The notes beneath the pieces were generated by a model. That model was given only the letters and a program-made list of their open reading frames with translations. It made no database searches and was not told where the DNA came from. A DNA stretch of 64,000 nucleotides from Spironucleus salmonicida. Its lineage: Eukaryota. Below are positions 13,509 to 25,031 of the stretch, one piece after another (the first letter of the stretch is position 1; every line of letters starts with the position of its first letter). Where the stretch lies: positions 62,001 through 126,000 of the forward strand of contig NC_090604.1 in assembly GCF_000497125.1 (NCBI RefSeq), in the 5' to 3' direction. The translations under genes and the position numbers were made by a program.

Positions 13509-13949
13509 ATGGCAGAAAACTTCGAGCTCACAGTCATCAACGATGATCTGAAGATGATATTTGAAGAAGACGACACGGCAGTCGAAGACATTCCATAGGA
13601 GATCCAACAAGCTCTCTCCACCCAAGAGATTGTCCAGCCAGACCGCTTCATGAAGCTGCTCGAATCGCAGAAGAGCGCATACGACCCCCAACTACTGCAG
13701 CACACGACAGACATCAAGAAGATCGCGGCGCAGACCACAGGGCTAGTAGATCTGGTGACCCAGCTTACCGCCAAGGTCCAAAGCTAGCAGGATACCATCG
13801 TGTCTCAGCAAGGCTGCCTGAACGACGCCATCATACAGGTCAACACACTAAATGACATCGTCAACCAGGTGATCGCTCAGAATAACCAGCTTAGTAGCAA
13901 CTTTTCCACGGTTGTGCAGAGGCTGCTGGCAGTCGAGCAGCGGAAGTGA
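13509..13949 (+). CDS. Hypothetical coiled-coil protein gene C, 146 aa (copy 1)
   Basis: aaaATG MAENFELTVINDDLKMIFEEDD...VVQRLLAVEQRK, high GC3, ends AAGTGA. Confidence 0.8.
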
Positions 13950-15744
13950 AACTGTTTGTAATTTTAGCATGACATTCTATCTGAACTTATAATATTATAA
14001 TATCCAAACCAGTCCATTAATTGAATGCCATATTTCGATCGTCTGGTCTCTCGTGCTGAACTGCGGCTAGGATAATTAACCAGAGGCTACAAATTCCGAC
14101 GACAATAAATATATAACAGCGGTACTGCGCATTCATAATTTTATAATCCAGATATCAATTACCAATCTTGAGCACAGCATCCCCGCCGAAATTCTGAACC
14201 TATTGAGGTGACTTTGATTAGAGAACTAACATGACAAATTACTGTATTTCCCACATATTTATGCGATCGGATTTCGGCTCTCTTGAGGCAAACGAGTGCA
14301 GCTTATATACCATTTGCCCATTCGGCACTCAACGTGAAGGAATCTATCTCAGCTGCATGATGCAATCGAGTATGGTAATTAAAATCAATATAGCCGTCTG
14401 AGGAGATTCAGGTCCACCAAGGCAATATCACATTTTTATCCCATCCAACTAATTGTATCTTGCTGTCCCCTGGTGCGACCTATCGTCGTTAGGCCGGATA
14501 TTATATTACAAAGTATGCGAGTCCGTAAACCTTCATCGGTTAGCGCGTCTCATGCTGACCCACATTACCAGGGGTGTCCGGAGTCCATGGTCGATATATT
14601 ATACCCAGCACCCAGCGTTACTACACTGAATATTTCAGGGTACCCCATTTTCTAGATCTGGCAGATTCTCTGGATGTTAGATCTTTCTGGTCAGAACAAT
14701 CTGCGAGTATGCGAGGTAGACAGCAGCCCAGACATCCATGTATTCTCATTTCCTCTACCCAAGAATGCTACCAAGGTATTTTTTCGGGCATGTTCCGTTC
14801 TCAGCATCGGTATGTCATCTTATATGTGATGTACCTTTGATTTTACTGAGCAGAGCTCTCTTCCGACATTAATCTGGAGGTCATGAACGATGCTTTCGGA
14901 CGACAGTTTTATATTGACTCCATTAGATCTCCCTAGAATACTCCCAAGATTATCCTCAAAAAAGGCCTGGCTGACCGTGCGGACTGCTTGACGATGATGA
15001 TGGTGCTCTAGATTACGGAAGCTGGCTGATCTCAGAGAGCTTGTAATGGATAGCGTTAGTATCAATTTTTAGATTATTTCAGCGATTTTGTGTCTAGTTC
15101 TCCAACTCTATGTTGCAAAAGTGAGGTTCTCGAGCTGTATGGTGTGTAGATTAGAATGCAGCTATAGGAAATCAAAAAATCAATCTCACTAGACTGCTAA
15201 AGATTGAGAACCTACGCCCATTCTGCGTGAACTCATCCTTAATATGTATGATACTGTAACAGAAGGTTCTCATAGATCTACTTCTATAGGGTCCCTAAAT
15301 TGGTTGTTGTTCGGATTAGCTTACCAAATGAGCATTTATACAGAAGAATAGTGCCAGATATAATTTCTTCAGATGAAAGTATAGGTGACTCATTACCTTT
15401 TCAGGTGTCTACGCCCGTGGTAGGCGCACTCTCAAGTATCGTTACTGAATATTGCGGATTGACTTTCCGTCGACTGTAGTTCGATATATTGATCGTAGTA
15501 GAGGACATTATGAATCTGTAATACCTTAGCTGCCAAGAAGTGGGCTCGTGCTTTTCAGAAGATGGATTTTTCAGTTTACTACGGACGACGGATTGCCGCA
15601 CATACTCAGCTACCACGATATGGTTCTGCTTGGAGATATATTTTCCAATAGAATAGCGCCCTGGTATATCCTACACTGCTGTGCTACGCGAGTATAAGGC
15701 ACCCACGCGCATGCGCTGGTGAAGGAATGAGAATATCTAATCTA

Positions 15745-16299
15745 TCACTCGAAGCCGAAGCTGCAGAAGAACTGCTCGGAGAACTCGTCGTCCAGCAGAG
15801 TGTCCCGGGGCGTGACCGAGCAGCTTTCAACGCGGGGCGAGACCGACAAGGAGTCGAAGTCTGGCCGCGAGAAGGGCAGCGCAAGCTTGGGGATTACGGG
15901 CATAGCTGAACGGGCGATTGCCTTCGCATTCTGAAAGGCAACACGCAGAACCTGGGTGTCGTACTTGCGGGAAAGGCGCGCGCGGACCATGTCAAGGGAG
16001 GGCTCGAAACCAGCGGCGGCGGCCTCTTGGACCATATGCTTCACGACCGCGGCATCGGAGGCGCTGAGAGGCTCCTATTGACGGCGCTGGAAGGTCTCGC
16101 GGTACCAGTGGTACAGACGGGACTTGGTGACGCCCATGATGTCGGCGGCGTGCTGCCAGGGCACGGTGACGCGGGAAACCTCCTGGGAGAGTAGCGCGTG
16201 GTCGCGCAGAAGCGTAGAGGCGGTGTGGACCGAGAGACTGCGGAGCGCCTGGGCAATGGCGGAGAGGGCGGACGTCTGGTCGAGCGAGGCGCGAGGCAT
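15745..16299 (-). CDS. Putative helix-turn-helix DNA-binding protein gene B, 184 aa (copy 1)
   Basis: Mirror of 17614..18168; contains WQHAADIMGVTKSRLYHWYRETF. Confidence 0.8.
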
Positions 16300-16453
16300 T
16301 GCGGAGTGGTGCACTCAGATGTGGATATATACCATCGGAACCTACGCTTTGCCAGTTTCTGGTTTCGGTAGATTTTCGTGTCAGCGTATCCGGAAGTCTA
16401 GGGAATTATGGCCGGATGCCGATGGATACGCGAGTGGAGTGGGCCGTAGAATC

Positions 16454-16684
16454 TCACTGCCGCCTTGCCACGAGCGCCTCGAGCTGCATGATCTTCTGGT
16501 TCAAGAACTGGTTCTGCTGCTCCAGCACCATGATGCGCTACCGATACGCGTCCCCACCCGGGGCCTGCACCTGCGCGAGCTGTGGTACTTGCTGTAAAAT
16601 TATTTGAGATTTATTGAAATGAGGTGGTCTATAACTTAACAAGTTTATTTAATATATATCTAACAATTATAATAAATTCATCAT
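16454..16684 (-). CDS. Chimeric ORF, 76 aa: spacer-derived N-terminus fused to the gene A C-terminus
   Basis: cccaaaATG MMNLLQLLDIYQINLLSYRPPHFNKSQIILQQVPQ reads in frame into LAQVQAPGGDAYRQRIMVLEQQNQFLNQKIMQLEALVARRQ. Confidence 0.5.
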
Positions 16685-17084
16685 TTTGGGTTAATTTTTG
16701 TTGATAGCATTTTAATAAAATGATAATTGTGATATAAAATTTGTATTATACATTTTAAACTAAGTAATATCAAATATGAATTTAATAGAATTATAATAAT
16801 TTTTAACTGGATAGATAAAATATTGCATAAATTATAATAAGCTAACTGAAAATATAAACTAAGGAATCTGCTGACAATCAACAAGTAAAATCTTAACTAA
16901 TTTTATAATTTAAGTTATCTAAATACTTAATTATTAGTTTTTAGCGACATCAGATATTATTATTAATATTTTTTAATTGTAATAATCTAGTGTTAAACAA
17001 AACCTTAGTATCCTAATATTGTTCCTCTTATAATTTTAAACATAATATAATAAAATCATATACATAAAAATACTATCCGCGAAA

Positions 17085-17459
17085 ATGTCAAGCGGCCTGT
17101 CCCACACCGCAACGGAGCCTAACCACAAGGTTAGCTTCAAGGAGGTCGAGGCACGTATTGCTACTGCTGTGTCCCAGCTGGAGGTACATCTCACTGAAAC
17201 TAGGTCCCTGGACGAGAAGCTGGCGGTGGTTGAGCGCTAGCAACAGAAGTAGTAGGCAGCACTAGCGCAGAGCGCCCAAGTATCCCAAGCACTATCCAAG
17301 CAGGTGGCCCAGGCCCAGACGGCGTTAGCCCATCTCGCGCAGGTGCAGGCCCCGGGTGGGGACGCGTATCGGTAGCGCATCATGGTGCTGGAGCAGCAGA
17401 ACCAGTTCTTGAACCAGAAGATCATGCAGCTCGAGGCGCTCGTGGCAAGGCGGCAGTGA
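17085..17459 (+). CDS. Hypothetical coiled-coil protein gene A, 124 aa (zipper-module family)
   Basis: tccgcgaaaATG MSSGLSHTATEPNHKVSFKEVEARIATAVSQLE...LEQQNQFLNQKIMQLEALVARRQ, ends CAGTGA. Confidence 0.85.
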
Positions 17460-17613
17460 GATTCTACGGCCCACTCCACTCGCGTATCCATCGGCATCCG
17501 GCCATAATTCCCTAGACTTCCGGATACGCTGACACGAAAATCTACCGAAACCAGAAACTGGCAAAGCGTAGGTTCCGATGGTATATATCCACATCTGAGT
17601 GCACCACTCCGCA

Positions 17614-18168
17614 ATGCCTCGCGCCTCGCTCGACCAGACGTCCGCCCTCTCCGCCATTGCCCAGGCGCTCCGCAGTCTCTCGGTCCACACCGCCTCTACG
17701 CTTCTGCGCGACCACGCGCTACTCTCCCAGGAGGTTTCCCGCGTCACCGTGCCCTGGCAGCACGCCGCTGACATCATGGGCGTCACCAAGTCCCGTCTGT
17801 ACCACTGGTACCGCGAGACCTTCCAGCGCCGTCAATAGGAGCCTCTCAGCGCCTCCGATGCCGCGGTCGTGAAGCATATGGTCCAAGAGGCCGCCGCCGC
17901 TGGTTTCGAGCCCTCCCTTGACATGGTCCGCGCGCGCCTTTCCCGCAAGTACGACACCCAGGTTCTGCGTGTTGCCTTTCAGAATGCGAAGGCAATCGCC
18001 CGTTCAGCTATGCCCGTAATCCCCAAGCTTGCGCTGCCCTTCTCGCGGCCAGACTTCGACTCCTTGTCGGTCTCGCCCCGCGTTGAAAGCTGCTCGGTCA
18101 CGCCCCGGGACACTCTGCTGGACGACGAGTTCTCCGAGCAGTTCTTCTGCAGCTTCGGCTTCGAGTGA
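17614..18168 (+). CDS. Putative helix-turn-helix DNA-binding protein gene B, 184 aa (copy 2)
   Basis: ccactccgcaATG. Track fragments 17599..17838 and 17869..18168 join through TAG. HTH-like AADIMGVTKSRLYHWY, acidic/aromatic tail, ends GAGTGA. Confidence 0.8.
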
Positions 18169-19963
18169 TAGATTAGATATTCTCATTCCTTCACCAGCGC
18201 ATGCGCGTGGGTGCCTTATACTCGCGTAGCACAGCAGTGTAGGATATACCAGGGCGCTATTCTATTGGAAAATATATCTCCAAGCAGAACCATATCGTGG
18301 TAGCTGAGTATGTGCGGCAATCCGTCGTCCGTAGTAAACTGAAAAATCCATCTTCTGAAAAGCACGAGCCCACTTCTTGGCAGCTAAGGTATTACAGATT
18401 CATAATGTCCTCTACTACGATCAATATATCGAACTACAGTCGACGGAAAGTCAATCCGCAATATTCAGTAACGATACTTGAGAGTGCGCCTACCACGGGC
18501 GTAGACACCTGAAAAGGTAATGAGTCACCTATACTTTCATCTGAAGAAATTATATCTGGCACTATTCTTCTGTATAAATGCTCATTTGGTAAGCTAATCC
18601 GAACAACAACCAATTTAGGGACCCTATAGAAGTAGATCTATGAGAACCTTCTGTTACAGTATCATACATATTAAGGATGAGTTCACGCAGAATGGGCGTA
18701 GGTTCTCAATCTTTAGCAGTCTAGTGAGATTGATTTTTTGATTTCCTATAGCTGCATTCTAATCTACACACCATACAGCTCGAGAACCTCACTTTTGCAA
18801 CATAGAGTTGGAGAACTAGACACAAAATCGCTGAAATAATCTAAAAATTGATACTAACGCTATCCATTACAAGCTCTCTGAGATCAGCCAGCTTCCGTAA
18901 TCTAGAGCACCATCATCATCGTCAAGCAGTCCGCACGGTCAGCCAGGCCTTTTTTGAGGATAATCTTGGGAGTATTCTAGGGAGATCTAATGGAGTCAAT
19001 ATAAAACTGTCGTCCGAAAGCATCGTTCATGACCTCCAGATTAATGTCGGAAGAGAGCTCTGCTCAGTAAAATCAAAGGTACATCACATATAAGATGACA
19101 TACCGATGCTGAGAACGGAACATGCCCGAAAAAATACCTTGGTAGCATTCTTGGGTAGAGGAAATGAGAATACATGGATGTCTGGGCTGCTGTCTACCTC
19201 GCATACTCGCAGATTGTTCTGACCAGAAAGATCTAACATCCAGAGAATCTGCCAGATCTAGAAAATGGGGTACCCTGAAATATTCAGTGTAGTAACGCTG
19301 GGTGCTGGGTATAATATATCGACCATGGACTCCGGACACCCCTGGTAATGTGGGTCAGCATGAGACGCGCTAACCGATGAAGGTTTACGGACTCGCATAC
19401 TTTGTAATATAATATCCGGCCTAACGACGATAGGTCGCACCAGGGGACAGCAAGATACAATTAGTTGGATGGGATAAAAATGTGATATTGCCTTGGTGGA
19501 CCTGAATCTCCTCAGACGGCTATATTGATTTTAATTACCATACTCGATTGCATCATGCAGCTGAGATAGATTCCTTCACGTTGAGTGCCGAATGGGCAAA
19601 TGGTATATAAGCTGCACTCGTTTGCCTCAAGAGAGCCGAAATCCGATCGCATAAATATGTGGGAAATACAGTAATTTGTCATGTTAGTTCTCTAATCAAA
19701 GTCACCTCAATAGGTTCAGAATTTCGGCGGGGATGCTGTGCTCAAGATTGGTAATTGATATCTGGATTATAAAATTATGAATGCGCAGTACCGCTGTTAT
19801 ATATTTATTGTCGTCGGAATTTGTAGCCTCTGGTTAATTATCCTAGCCGCAGTTCAGCACGAGAGACCAGACGATCGAAATATGGCATTCAATTAATGGA
19901 CTGGTTTGGATATTATAATATTATAAGTTCAGATAGAATGTCATGCTAAAATTACAAACAGTT

Positions 19964-20404
19964 TCACTTCCGCTGCTCGACTGCCAGCAGCCTCTGCACA
20001 ACCGTGGAAAAGTTGCTACTAAGCTGGTTATTCTGAGCGATCACCTGGTTGACGATGTCATTTAGTGTGTTGACCTGTATGATGGCGTCGTTCAGGCAGC
20101 CTTGCTGAGACACGATGGTATCCTGCTAGCTTTGGACCTTGGCGGTAAGCTGGGTCACCAGATCTACTAGCCCTGTGGTCTGCGCCGCGATCTTCTTGAT
20201 GTCTGTCGTGTGCTGCAGTAGTTGGGGGTCGTATGCGCTCTTCTGCGATTCGAGCAGCTTCATGAAGCGGTCTGGCTGGACAATCTCTTGGGTGGAGAGA
20301 GCTTGTTGGATCTCCTATGGAATGTCTTCGACTGCCGTGTCGTCTTCTTCAAATATCATCTTCAGATCATCGTTGATGACTGTGAGCTCGAAGTTTTCTG
20401 CCAT
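19964..20404 (-). CDS. Hypothetical coiled-coil protein gene C (copy 2)
   Basis: Mirror of 13509..13949. Confidence 0.8.
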
Positions 20405-21082
20405 TTTTACGAAGCTGTTTTTGTTAATAGGATTCCGCTTATTTTAGTAGTAATATAAAAACCGAAACTGGGAAGTGTATTAATATCGCAAATCTTACGG
20501 ACTAATAAGGAAACTTAATTCTACGAAAGTATAATTCATACCATAATATAATTAATATTGGAAATCAACGTCTCGATAAATTGAATATATTGAAGAAAAA
20601 TATACGACCTCAGTAGTGAGGAACTGGATATCGAATATATAGTATTGGATAATAATCCTAAAATTTGTAATTTAGCTACACCGGATAACCGCATGGACCC
20701 TCTCTGTCACTATTGGTCCAGCCCCAGTGTAACTTGAAACGTATATCTGCATCAGAGGTTACGCTGAACAGCGATACAAAGGCGTTGATCGAGATACACC
20801 CCTGCTGGCGTCGTGGTGCCAGCTTAGGACAGCTTCTCGGGCTGAGAACCTATGATTCTGGCAGGACAGGCCATGGACGTTTGGGTGAAGCGCTCTAGCC
20901 AGTGCGCGAGTTTCTGTACCGGCGTGAAACATAGGCTTGGCGCCAGAAGGGTGGACTGACGGCAGCGGCCTGGTGGTTTGGAGCAGATCGGGCTGGAAAA
21001 TGACGGTCAAATCTAGTGATGGTTTATAAAAATCTTAAGAATTTTTTATAAAATACAAAATGATAAAAAACCATTTCTTCAC

Positions 21083-21607
21083 TCATCCCTATAAAAGACA
21101 CACACTCTTCTCCACGCTCTTACTGGTTAATAATAAACTTACAATTACCCCATAAAGCGCCAGTGCCTCTCCAAAAATCATAACAATAATCATTACTACA
21201 AATAAGCTAGGTTACTGTGCAACACATTTGCAGGCAGTTTGACCTGCAACCCCAATAGCAAGACCAGCTGCTAAAGCGGAAAACCCGGTACAAAGACCTG
21301 CAGCAAAATGGGCATAAGCGATGTATAAAGGCATGCCAAGAGGATATTCTTAAACCTTGGCGTTTATGGTAAGCATAGTTATGAGTCCATATATAGAAAG
21401 AACACCTGCCATAATAACTGGCAAGGTTAGTTTTGTTAAAGGGGTAATATTAATAAGACCCCCAGCAGCCATTCCTGAGCCTGCCTTAGCTGTACCAAAG
21501 GCAGCACCAAAAGCTGATAGCGAAACTGCTATAAATTCACCAAAATATGACCAGAATACACCAGATGTAGGACAAGCTTAGAAATTATGTAGCTATGACG
21601 ACTCCAT
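21083..21607 (-). CDS. VMA3: V-type H+-ATPase 16 kDa proteolipid subunit c, 174 aa
   Basis: GAAFGTAKAG, LPVIMAGVLSIYGL, HFAAGL...LAAGLAIG, AQQPSLFV, and FGEALALYG with the essential TM4 glutamate. Confidence 0.97.
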
Positions 21608-22185
21608 TTTTATGATATGATGGAATTGGAATGGTGTAAAATGTAAATAATATCTATATAATGTATAATAGTATAGATTATTCAGTAAAATTAAATTTAA
21701 AAAATAACTTAGTATCAAATATAAATCTTACTTTATAAATATAGGAATACTTTTAAAAACGAATGATAACAAGTAAATAAATACAAAACAATCAACTGAT
21801 ATCTTACAAATTCTTGAATAATTTGTTTTATTTAAATGAAAAACATATCAAAAGTAAAACCAATTTAAATAAAATGCATAGTACTTTTTTTAACTTAACT
21901 CATTAAAGTTGAGTGATCCAGTAATAAAGTTTACTTTTAAAGCATATATTCATATTATTATTTATAAACATATATTAATTATATTTTTAAAATATCCTCA
22001 CTACGTCTTACCTACAATAGTTATTATAAATATTAGATATTTATCATATAATATTCTACTTATCTAACTAAACATTTGAAAACTATATAAAAATTTTACG
22101 ATATTGAAATATAATTAGTATATATTATTTTTTCATTAATTTTTATCTATAAAATTATCATTTAATACTTATACTATCCGCGAAA

Positions 22186-22560
22186 ATGTCAAGCGGCCTG
22201 TCCCACACCGCAACGGAGCCTAACCACAAGGTTAGCTTCAAGGAGGTCGAGGCACGTATTGCTACTGCTGTGTCCCAGCTGGAGGTACATCTCACTGAAA
22301 CTAGGTCCCTGGACGAGAAGCTGGCGGTGGTTGAGCGCTAGCAACAGAAGTAGTAGGCAGCACTAGCGCAGAGCGCCCAAGTATCCCAAGCACTATCCAA
22401 GCAGGTGGCCCAGGCCCAGACGGCGTTAGCCCATCTCGCGCAGGTGCAGGCCCCGGGTGGGGACGCGTATCGGTAGCGCATCATGGTGCTGGAGCAGCAG
22501 AACCAGTTCTTGAACCAGAAGATCATGCAGCTCGAGGCGCTCGTGGCAAGGCGGCAGTGA
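22186..22560 (+). CDS. Gene A, second full copy
   Basis: Same sequence as 17085..17459. Confidence 0.85.
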
Positions 22561-22714
22561 GATTCTACGGCCCACTCCACTCGCGTATCCATCGGCATCC
22601 GGCCATAATTCCCTAGACTTCCGGATACGCTGACACGAAAATCTACCGAAACCAGAAACTGGCAAAGCGTAGGTTCCGATGGTATATATCCACATCTGAG
22701 TGCACCACTCCGCA

Positions 22715-23269
22715 ATGCCTCGCGCCTCGCTCGACCAGACGTCCGCCCTCTCCGCCATTGCCCAGGCGCTCCGCAGTCTCTCGGTCCACACCGCCTCTAC
22801 GCTTCTGCGCGACCACGCGCTACTCTCCCAGGAGGTTTCCCGCGTCACCGTGCCCTGGCAGCACGCCGCCGACATCATGGGCGTCACCAAGTCCCGTCTG
22901 TACCACTGGTACCGCGAGACCTTCCAGCGCCGTCAATAGGAGCCTCTCAGCGCCTCCGATGCCGCGGTCGTGAAGCATATGGTCCAAGAGGCCGCCGCCG
23001 CTGGTTTCGAGCCCTCCCTTGACATGGTCCGCGCGCGCCTTTCCCGCAAGTACGACACCCAGGTTCTGCGTGTTGCCTTTCAGAATGCGAAGGCAATCGC
23101 CCGTTCAGCTATGCCCGTAATCCCCAAGCTTGCGCTGCCCTTCTCGCGGCCAGACTTCGACTCCTTGTCGGTCTCGCCCCGCGTTGAAAGCTGCTCGGTC
23201 ACGCCCCGGGACACTCTGCTGGACGACGAGTTCTCCGAGCAGTTCTTCTGCAGCTTCGGCTTCGAGTGA
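22715..23269 (+). CDS. Gene B (HTH-like), copy 3
   Basis: Same protein as 17614..18168. Confidence 0.8.
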
Positions 23270-23401
23270 TAGATTAGATATTCTCATCCCTTAAAAATCT
23301 CTTACGCCCGCACAGTGTAGCATTTCTTATCAATAACACAACTCTAATTCTTGTTTAAATAAAATTATTTATAACAAATTATAAACAAAATATTAAATAC
23401 A

Positions 23402-24301
23402 TCACCCCATTCTAACTCTATTTTTAATCAAATTATCACAAATCTCTTCTATCGTCTCTTCAGTATCTATACACATTAAAATACGCTGCTTTTAATACAT
23501 TAATTCTAACTAATACAATTCTCCCTACTAAATTAATTGGATTTCAATTTCTTCACCACGAAAACGATGTAATCCTACGAATATCTCATTTTAATATCCA
23601 AAGCACTTTACATTCTTATCAGCTATTAATTTCTAAATAAGGCTCTTTTTAATCAAAAAATCCTCATCATTTATACACTAGATCCTTGCATTTTAACTTC
23701 CAATAAATACAATAATTTCATTTGAGCTTTCGTCAAATGTAAAGTTCTTTTCAATAATCTCAGTGCTATATGATGAAATGTTGTTTGATAAAAATAACTC
23801 ACCATCTTAAACAAAAAATTTGAACACTTCGCTCTGAAGCAAAAATGCAGAAGGATCGTCAAAATGTAATCTTGGCGGTATATTTGTGTTAGTATTAATA
23901 GATGTATCTAGACCAACATCTTATTATGTTGTTGATAAGAAAGCGTTTTATTAGGAAGTTAATTAAGAATATTATGATATATTTTGATTGGTTTAGACAG
24001 TTTGAGTAGTAATAGATAAAAACGCATTTTAAGGATCCGTAAGAATAGAAGTTCCACAGTTAAATGATGAGTCATTGTATTATTACTAGTTTTATTTTGG
24101 TATATATTCCATCAGAGAATTTGTGGTTTAATATGATGTGTTCATTGTAGTATTTTCACTTGAAAGAAATGCAACTGAAGGTCTCTTGGATGGCATGTTA
24201 GAAGGAATATTTATTTTAGATAAGTTTGTATCATTTTCTAACCTTGTAGGTAGAGTAACTGCAGAAGATGTAAGAATTGATGATTATTATTTTTCATACA
24301 T
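23402..24301 (-). CDS. Hypothetical protein, 299 aa (S/T/Q-rich N-terminus, globular C-terminus)
   Basis: Continuous code-6 frame MYEKQQSSILTSS...PPRLHFDDPSAFLL...EEICDNLIKNRVRMG; short internal repeat QNAFLS. Confidence 0.7.
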
Positions 24302-24607
24302 TTAGATTGAGAAATAATATATTTAAAATAATATATTTTTATAAATTGAAGTAATTCCAATGTATAAAATATTTATTAATTAATATTACATAATTCATAG
24401 TTTATTTCGAAGATTTTAACTATTAAGTTTAGAATAAATTTACTCAATTAAGTATTATATAATATTTACTATATTTAGAAATATACGTAGAAAATATGTA
24501 TTCTTTGTTTATAAATATTTGTTAACATAATATATGTAAAATTAGCAATAATCAAAAAACTATTAAATTAATTATTATATACTATATAATGTGTAGTAAA
24601 AACAAAT

Positions 24608-24778
24608 ATGGAACCTAAAGTAGCACTAAAGCATAAGAAGAAGCGTAAGACTAAATCTCCTGATGTATCTAGGGCATCTAATATATCAGCTACATCTTAA
24701 TCTGAGGTGATGTCATAAATTTTATAGATGAATGTTGAAAACTATAATTTTGATGAACTCGACTTAACAATCGAATGA
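24608..24778 (+). CDS. Small hypothetical protein, 56 aa, with an NLS-like basic cluster
   Basis: MEPKVALKHKKKRKTKSPDVSRAS...NFDELDLTIE. Composition is protein-like but the ORF is short. Confidence 0.45.
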
Positions 24779-25031
24779 TTTTTTCTATTTTTCATTGCCT
24801 GCAAATGTTATTAAATATAAATAAATGGTAAATAATTTAATTAAACCTTTATTGGTAAGAGATTAATGACAAACAACACCAGAGTCATTAGTTTGAATTC
24901 ATTTTATTTATATGATGATTAATAATATTCTTATATACAAATAATTACAACTTTCTATTTAAAAAACGTCCTAAAATAGGACATTTGTTTTTATATATAT
25001 TAATAAATCTGCATCCCACTTCAACATTTAT

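Larger units (their letters stand above)
12916..16579. repeat. Left arm (3664 bp) of a giant inverted repeat
   Basis: Reverse complement of 17334..20997. Mirrored ORF coordinates always sum to 33913, implying no net indels. Confidence 0.97.
17334..20997. repeat. Right arm (3664 bp) of the giant inverted repeat
   Basis: Reverse complement of 12916..16579. At least one substitution (T at 17769 where the other two copies have C). Confidence 0.97.
22171..23292 (+). repeat. Third, direct partial copy (~1.1 kb) of 17070..18191 carrying genes A and B
   Basis: Matches at offset +5101 from atactatccgcgaaaatg to about 20 bp past the gene B stop (one mismatch at 23288). Confidence 0.96.
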
